This document shows positions 59,018 through 64,000 of a DNA stretch of 64,000 nucleotides, piece by piece (positions within the stretch are counted from its first letter, which is position 1; the number at the start of each line of letters is the position of its first letter). Position numbers and translations under genes: made by a program. The notes under the pieces are model-generated. The model did not search any database, was not told where the DNA came from, and worked only from the letters and a program-made list of their open reading frames with translations. This DNA is from an uncultured bacterium (lineage in GTDB: Bacteria; Patescibacteriota; Minisyncoccia; UBA6257; 2-01-FULL-56-20): assembly GCA_963844965.1 (NCBI GenBank), contig CAWJQC010000004.1:41609-105608 (forward strand), given 5' to 3'.

Positions 59018-59040
59018 AATAATTTACTACCTACTACCTA
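58879..59040. repeat. long inverted repeat (GTAGTAGGTAGTAGG x5 versus CTACCTACTACC) bracketing the start and signal-peptide coding region of the surface protein gene
   Basis: 58879-58913 GTAGTAGGTAGTAGGTAGTAGGTAGTAGGTAGTAGC and 59017-59040 CTACCTACTACCTACTACCTACC. Confidence 0.5.
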
Positions 59041-59251
59041 CTACCTACCGCTTTTAATTGTTTCGGGGCGACAATCTCATAGCTTTATTATATAAGAACA
59101 GGGAAAGATATGTAGAAAGGGGTGTGCATAGGCGCGAAAACTGCCCGAGCGGCGGCCGCAAATTTCCCGGCCATCCGGGATATAAAAAAGGCTCTCGCGA
59201 GGAATTGCGAATTGCGAATCCTCACGAGAGCCAAACATACCGGAGGGGAAT

Positions 59252-59959
59252 CTAGTGGCCGACGATGGGTGGAAGACCGGCCTGGTAGCGGCGGTAATTC
59301 CCCATGTACCGGTCCGCCACCTGAATATTCCGCACGCCGTACCAAACGTGAACCGTGCTAAGGTAACCGGCAAAGCCGATGCTTGCGAGACGCTCGGCCC
59401 TCACCATTCTCCTGCCCCACTTATGTCCCCCCCATTTATGCTCTGTCCAGCGAGGGATAGCCGAAGAAAAGTAGGAAAAAACGACATCGAACGCCGAGGC
59501 GCTCCCTAACACCCCAGCAATATTGCGATTGCCAAATTGGGTATATAGGGAGTCCGTCTCACGGGGGCCCTGCTGGCTAGCATAACGCAAACCGTTGCTA
59601 GCGACGTACTCTGGAATAAAGGGTGGCGTAGAGAGGGAACGGAACGTGGTTATGTTGTCAAACGCAAATGGCCCGCGCTCAACACCCCACATCCAAGCCT
59701 GTGTCCTCTCAAGCTTGCTCTGGTCCCGGTTTAACTTGCCGCCAGGCCAAGCCATAACCCTAAACACCTTATCAAAGGTTGATGGCTCAACCGGTGCCGC
59801 CGAACGCAAGGGCGAGATAGCGGGTGCGAGTGCCGGTGCAGACGCGGCGGATGCCGCCACGGGCGTTGACGCTAAGGGCAGTTCGGTAAGACCGTCTGCC
59901 GGAAACGCGCGAACCGAAATGATTGTCAAGATTGTCAACAAAAGCACCAGTCGCTTCAT
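59252..59959 (-). CDS. secreted hypothetical protein
   Basis: Signal peptide MKRLVLLLTILTIISVRAFPA. A palindromic TTGCGCAAAGCAATTTGG / CCAAATCGCTTTGCGCAA site lies upstream. Confidence 0.4.
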   Translation of the reverse strand: MKRLVLLLTILTIISVRAFPADGLTELPLASTPVAASAASAPALAPAISPLRSAAPVEPSTFDKVFRVMAWPGGKLNRDQSKLERTQAWMWGVERGPFAFDNITTFRSLSTPPFIPEYVASNGLRYASQQGPRETDSLYTQFGNRNIAGVLGSASAFDVVFSYFSSAIPRWTEHKWGGHKWGRRMVRAERLASIGFAGYLSTVHVWYGVRNIQVADRYMGNYRRYQAGLPPIVGH

Positions 59960-60097
59960 AACGACCTCCTCAAAAAGATTTAATTTAATTGCGCAAAGCA
60001 ATTTGGCTACTCCCAAGAATAACCAAATCGCTTTGCGCAAGCAATATATTCATTTTTCAAGATACTTGCCTATCTATGCTAATTATAGCACAAATAA

Positions 60098-60700
60098 ACA
60101 ACCTGTCAACCCCCACCTTTTTCCGAAAAGGTGGGGGTCAAGTGGCCGCGGCGGCTGACCCGCTGAAGCGACGATACCCTACAACTCATAAATCTCATCT
60201 CGCTTGCCTATTTTGAGTATATAAATTGCGCCATTTCTAACGTCAAATACCAACCTATAATCGCCCACGCGAAATCTGAACTCCCCGCCGCGGTTGTCAG
60301 CCAAACGCTTGGCAAACCTCAACGGATTATCCTCTGACGCATAAATGCGCATCTTCTTTGCTTTGCGATGCGCACTTGAACTTCTCTCGGCAGGGATTCC
60401 AACTGCTTAGCCGCCCGCTTGGCATAGAAAATCTTCGTTACAATCCCAACTTCTTAAACAGCTTATCCTGCGATATAGTTTTTTTTGCCTTGATTTCTTT
60501 TCTCGCTTCGCGGACATCCAAAATATGCGCGAGGTAGCCAAGCAGGGCGCCGAAGCGAGCATCCGTTTTCCTCAAACGCTCGTATTCTTGTTTTGGTATA
60601 GTAACCGTGGTCATATAAGTGCATTATAGTAAACCGGCGGCGGATATCAACCCCCACACCAAACGAGGACTTTCCGGGTCCCGCGCCGAAGGCGCATGTC
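60098..60700. repeat. about 0.6 kb direct repeat, copy 1 (degenerate RelE-like toxin plus intact antitoxin)
   Basis: About 97% identical to 62117-62715. Toxin start codon is ATG to ACG, plus a 5 bp indel. Terminal hairpins CCCCCACCTTTTTCCGAAAAGGTGGGGG and CCCCCACACCAAACGAGGAC. Confidence 0.7.
60438..60614 (-). CDS. orphan antitoxin (59 aa) of the degenerate repeat copy
   Basis: MTTVTIPKQEYERLRKTDARFGALLGYLAHILDVREARKEIKAKKTISQDKLFKKLGL, identical to the copy-2 antitoxin. Confidence 0.45.
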   Translation of the reverse strand: MTTVTIPKQEYERLRKTDARFGALLGYLAHILDVREARKEIKAKKTISQDKLFKKLGL

Positions 60701-60737
60701 CTCGTTAGGATTCTCGATAGGAATTGCCGGTGCGACA

Positions 60738-60956
60738 TTACAACAGAGAAACAAACTGCTCCGGTGCAAGTTCGGCATCACGTAGTATTTTGCGAAGCAG
60801 AGAAACATCCACTGCCTTATAGTTCGGCACCGTTACGGATTTCTTGCCGGGACAGGACAAACGAATATGGCTGCCGCGCTGGCGAACTTCGCGATAACCG
60901 AACTTTGCCAAAGCAGAAATAATCTTGCGGCCGGAGATAACAGGCAGTTTAGACAT
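60738..60956 (-). CDS. hicA: HicA-family toxin (YcfA-like mRNA interferase)
   Basis: GYREVRQRGSHIRLSCPGKKSVTVPNYKAVDVSLLRKILRDAEL. Confidence 0.6.
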   Translation of the reverse strand: MSKLPVISGRKIISALAKFGYREVRQRGSHIRLSCPGKKSVTVPNYKAVDVSLLRKILRDAELAPEQFVSLL

Positions 60957-60962
60957 GACGAG

Positions 60963-61214
60963 CTATACGGCAATTGTATGTAAGCTGATTTCCTGCGGCT
61001 TGTAATCCTGCAAAATTTGCCTGGACTGCTTTTCTTCCAAAATAAGCATTATAACCTCTCGGATATTGCGGAGCGCCTCGTCAATCGTCTTGCCCTGCGC
61101 ATAACATCCTTCAAAAACAGGGCATTCAACAACATAAAACCCGCTCTCTCCTTTTTCGGCGAGGAGCGGCAATTGCCGGCCGCGGCCTATAAATTTTGCT
61201 CTTGTTCTTGCCAT
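60963..61214 (-). CDS. hicB: HicB-family antitoxin
   Basis: GFYVVECPVFEGCYAQGKTIDEALRNIREVIMLILEE (HicB/UPF0150 RNase H-like fold pattern). Confidence 0.6.
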   Translation of the reverse strand: MARTRAKFIGRGRQLPLLAEKGESGFYVVECPVFEGCYAQGKTIDEALRNIREVIMLILEEKQSRQILQDYKPQEISLHTIAV

Positions 61215-61493
61215 AGTGAAATAATACCACAACCCTTTAGGCGGTCAAGTGAAATTGGTAGCCAAAATCGCCCTGCCACACTAAAACCCCTTTAAATTCT
61301 TCCAGCAAGCAAACTGCCCGCGCTTTTCCGCGCGGGCTTTTTTTAAATCCCCGCTGAATACCCAGCCGAGACGTGGCGGAGACGAAACAGTGAGATATCT
61401 TTCTTTCCTCGCTTCGCAAGAAATCTTGCCGTTCCTCCGCGAGCCAATATCTACGGCCCCCGGCTGGAGGGATGAAATGAAATGGACGCTCAA

Positions 61494-61688
61494 CTATTTC
61501 TGTTTAATCTCTCTAATACCGAGGTCCCGGCAGATTTTCTTTGCCAAAAATTCATTGATTTCGCTATGGCGGGGCACCGTAGACGAACGTCTGACTTTGG
61601 GGTTAAAAAAGACGCTGTGCTTGGCGCCTTCCCGAACAAAAACACACCCCTCATGCTCAATGTGGCAAATTAAAACAACTCGCTTCAT
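61494..61688 (-). CDS. hicA: HicA-family toxin, second pair
   Basis: GAKHSVFFNPKVRRSSTVPRHSEINEFLAKKICRDLGI. Confidence 0.55.
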   Translation of the reverse strand: MKRVVLICHIEHEGCVFVREGAKHSVFFNPKVRRSSTVPRHSEINEFLAKKICRDLGIREIKQK

Positions 61689-61691
61689 TCA

Positions 61692-61907
61692 TCAAACTGT
61701 AAGCAGCTGCCGCGTCAACTTCTGTTTGCCGGCCTCGGCATCAGCCAGCGCCCGGTTGGTTTCCAAAATTAGCCGAAGCGCTTCTTTAAGATTTTCTTTT
61801 ACTTCCTTCACGCTTTTCCCTTGAGTATTTACCCCGGGCACTTCCTCTATCCAGCCGACATACCATTTACCGCTTTTTTTAAACACGGCTGTAAATTTGT
61901 ATTTCAT
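61692..61907 (-). CDS. hicB: HicB-family antitoxin, second pair
   Basis: MKYKFTAVFKKSGKWYVGWIEEVPGVNTQGKSVKEVKENLKEALRLILE. Confidence 0.55.
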   Translation of the reverse strand: MKYKFTAVFKKSGKWYVGWIEEVPGVNTQGKSVKEVKENLKEALRLILETNRALADAEAGKQKLTRQLLTV

Positions 61908-62203
61908 GACTGCCATACATTTAAGATAATCCCAAAGCATGTAGCTGTCAACTCCTCTCAACTCCCGAGAAAACCCAGATGGCGAGCTTCTCCCTGCCTC
62001 GATAGGGTAGAAAAACAACTCAAACAGCCCAACGAAATTCGTTGGGCTGGATTTTTTTAACCAATGGCGTCACCCGCCGTTGAATTCCTTAATATCTTTT
62101 GGCGAACACCGTTTAAACTACCTGTCAACCCCCACCTTTTTTCCGAAAAGGCGGGGGTCAAGCGGCCGCGGCGGCTGACCCGCTGAGCTGAAGCGACGAT
62201 ACC

Positions 62204-62458
62204 CTACAACTCATAAATCTCATCTCGCTTGCCTATTTTGAGTATATAAATTGCGCCATTTCTAACGTCAAATACCAACCTATAATCGCCCACGCGAAAT
62301 CTGAACTCCCCGCCGCGGTTATCAGCCAAACGCTTGGCAAACCTCAACGGATTATCCTCTGACGCATAAAAGCGCATCTTCTTCGCGATGCGCATTTGAA
62401 CTTCTCTCGGCAGGGATTCCAACCGCTTAGCCGCCCGCTTGGCATAGAAAATCTTCAT
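62204..62458 (-). CDS. RelE/ParE-family type II toxin
   Basis: MKIFYAKRAAKRLESLPREVQMRIAKKM...EFRFRVGDYRLVFDVRNGAIYILKIGKRDEIY. Confidence 0.7.
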   Translation of the reverse strand: MKIFYAKRAAKRLESLPREVQMRIAKKMRFYASEDNPLRFAKRLADNRGGEFRFRVGDYRLVFDVRNGAIYILKIGKRDEIYEL

Positions 62459-62634
62459 TACAATCCCAACTTCTTAAACAGCTTATCCTGCGATATAGTT
62501 TTTTTTGCCTTGATTTCTTTTCTCGCTTCGCGGACATCCAAAATATGCGCGAGGTAGCCAAGCAGGGCGCCGAAGCGAGCATCCGTTTTCCTCAAACGCT
62601 CGTATTCTTGTTTTGGTATAGTAACCGTGGTCAT
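62458..62634 (-). CDS. cognate antitoxin (59 aa); stop overlaps the toxin ATG (TAATGA)
   Basis: Same sequence as 60438-60614; coupled to the toxin. Confidence 0.5.
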   Translation of the reverse strand: MTTVTIPKQEYERLRKTDARFGALLGYLAHILDVREARKEIKAKKTISQDKLFKKLGL

Positions 62635-62946
62635 ATTAAGTGCATTATAGCAAACCGGCGGCGGATGTCAACCCCCACACCAAACGAGGACGCGCGCCTT
62701 CGGCGCAGGACCCGGAAAGTCCTCGTTTGGTGTGGGGGTAAATTATGCCGAAAAAGCCGGAAGGAAAGATGCGATCTATGTTTCTCCCGCAAGAATACCC
62801 CCGCCGCAGGCGGGGGATGAATTGCGGTTCGAGAAACATAAACCCCGCCGATGGCGGGGTGAACTACCACCTAACATGCTGCATGTGCTAAGTATTTCGT
62901 GCGCAGCACGGCAGTTGAGATACCACCGCTGTGAGGCGGTGGTAGT

Positions 62947-64000
62947 TCATTTCAGAAGAGCGTCAACTTTTTCTTGGAGCGCGGCGTTCTGCGCCTGAAG
63001 AGCGCTGATCTCTTGTTGCTGCTCCTTGATGGATTCTATCATCGGCGCGATAAGCCCAGTATAATCCAGACCAAGGGTTCCGCTCGCGTCAGTTTCCACC
63101 AACTGCGGGAAAACCGTCTGTACATTCTGCGCGGTTAAACCGAGCTGCTCTCCACTGCCCATCAGTTTTGTATCTTTCCATTCAAAGGAAACCGGCGTCA
63201 GTAACTCAAGCTCCGCAAGCGAACCCGACAGTGGAACTATATTCTTCTTCAAACGCTCGTCGGAGCTATTTATCCACTGCCCAGCATTGTTTGTATACTC
63301 GCCGTGGGCTCCCTGAAAGTCATACGTACTGCCGGAACCATAGACGCCGATTGCAGCAGTTGAAAACACCCCATACCCTGCGGGATTACCGAAGTATCCA
63401 GCGGAACCGTTCGCGCCCGCGGTATCCGAATATCCTTCCACCCCAACCCCAGTACCAGCGTTGTAGCCATAGACGGCGGGAAGACCATTACCAGTACCGT
63501 AGCCATAGACCCCATACCCAGTCGCACCAGCAGTGCCATAGACACCATACATAGAGCCGGTGCCATAAATCCCTGCCCCAGCTTGCCCGGCGCCACCGAC
63601 GCTTAATGTTGACGCCGGTGCCGTCGTCCCGATGCCGACGTTGCCGTTCGTGATGGAGAAATATGGACCACCCCCCATCCCAGTGCCAAGCGCCAAATTG
63701 AGGCCATAAGATTGTGACGTCAAATCAGCGTATGTAAATGCTCCGTTGCTGGTGGTGAACTTTATCCAATCTACGTTTGACCCGTTTGTTTTGTCTAGCC
63801 GTAAGGTAGACGTACTTCCACTCTGAATATCAAGTTTTGCGACCGGCGCCGTGTTCCCGATGCCGACGTTGCCGTTCGTGATGGAGAAATATGGACCACC
63901 CCCCATCCCAGTGCCAAGCGCCAAATTGAGGCCATAAGATTGTGACGTCAAATCAGCGTATGTAAATGCTCCGTTGCTGGTGGTGAACTTTATCCAATCT
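62947..64000 (-). CDS. tail-fibre-like repetitive protein with C-terminal peptidase S74 intramolecular-chaperone domain; partial, 5' end beyond the window
   Basis: C-terminal SSDERLKKNIVPL...LNPVSFEWKD... (S74 SDxRxK motif) plus coiled-coil. GNVGIG repeats. Shares identical 260 bp modules with the gene at 57365-59017. Confidence 0.6.
   Translation of the reverse strand, partial: DWIKFTTSNGAFTYADLTSQSYGLNLALGTGMGGGPYFSITNGNVGIGNTAPVAKLDIQSGSTSTLRLDKTNGSNVDWIKFTTSNGAFTYADLTSQSYGLNLALGTGMGGGPYFSITNGNVGIGTTAPASTLSVGGAGQAGAGIYGTGSMYGVYGTAGATGYGVYGYGTGNGLPAVYGYNAGTGVGVEGYSDTAGANGSAGYFGNPAGYGVFSTAAIGVYGSGSTYDFQGAHGEYTNNAGQWINSSDERLKKNIVPLSGSLAELELLTPVSFEWKDTKLMGSGEQLGLTAQNVQTVFPQLVETDASGTLGLDYTGLIAPMIESIKEQQQEISALQAQNAALQEKVDALLK

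Larger units (their letters stand above)
62117..62715. repeat. about 0.6 kb direct repeat, copy 2 (intact RelE-like toxin plus antitoxin)
   Basis: See copy 1. The terminal 20 bp inverted repeat CCCCCACACCAAACGAGGAC / GTCCTCGTTTGGTGTGGGGG is intact here. The 27 bp loop between the arms is in the opposite orientation to copy 1. Confidence 0.7.

Overview
This is a bacterial chromosomal fragment of about 54% GC. Its backbone is a long minus-strand block of translation genes: rpsL-rpsG-(insert)-fusA-tuf-rpsJ-(5.7 kb insert)-rplC through rplO-secY-(insert)-adk-map. Other housekeeping genes present are dnaE, lysS, greA, recG, aspS (partial), an RNase P RNA and five tRNAs. L30 is absent, and the usual infA-rpmJ-rpsM-rpsK-rpsD-rpoA-rplQ tail after map is missing. 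Several accessory or mobile segments interrupt this conserved backbone. (1) A six-gene module of cell-envelope and unknown proteins is inserted between rpsJ and rplC. (2) An IS3 element, a yjbQ remnant and an AT-rich Mo-oxidoreductase gene sit next to tRNA-Trp. (3) A candidate integrative element is flanked by tRNA-Arg and tRNA-Lys and by T-arm-like direct repeats; it carries a large serine recombinase, a VirB2/TrbC-like small membrane protein and an iteron-like repeat field. (4) A toxin-antitoxin island is flanked by two 0.6 kb direct repeats (RelE-like plus antitoxin, two HicB-HicA pairs). (5) Tail-fibre-like repetitive surface protein genes share identical 260 bp modules. The two most unusual observations follow. 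First, recG is intact but carries two in-frame insertions bounded by related inverted repeats (CGCGGACAGACGC / CTGTCCGCG family); the larger one encodes a GxxExxY-type PD-(D/E)xK nuclease-like domain. This resembles in-frame palindromic selfish elements. Second, a tRNA(Gly-like) gene near tRNA-Thr(TGT) appears split around a ~230 bp palindrome-rich segment that contains the Thr tRNA. At least ten conserved genes (rnhA, a serine protease, greA, secY, rplN, rplP, rpsJ, tuf with several compensating indels, fusA, a surface protein) carry single-base frameshifts, mostly in short homopolymer runs; these are flagged as probable consensus/assembly indels rather than pseudogenes. Nearly every intergenic spacer in the ribosomal cluster is built of low-complexity word-repeat palindromes (tagaaa, aaaatg, ttccaa types). 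No CRISPR array was found.
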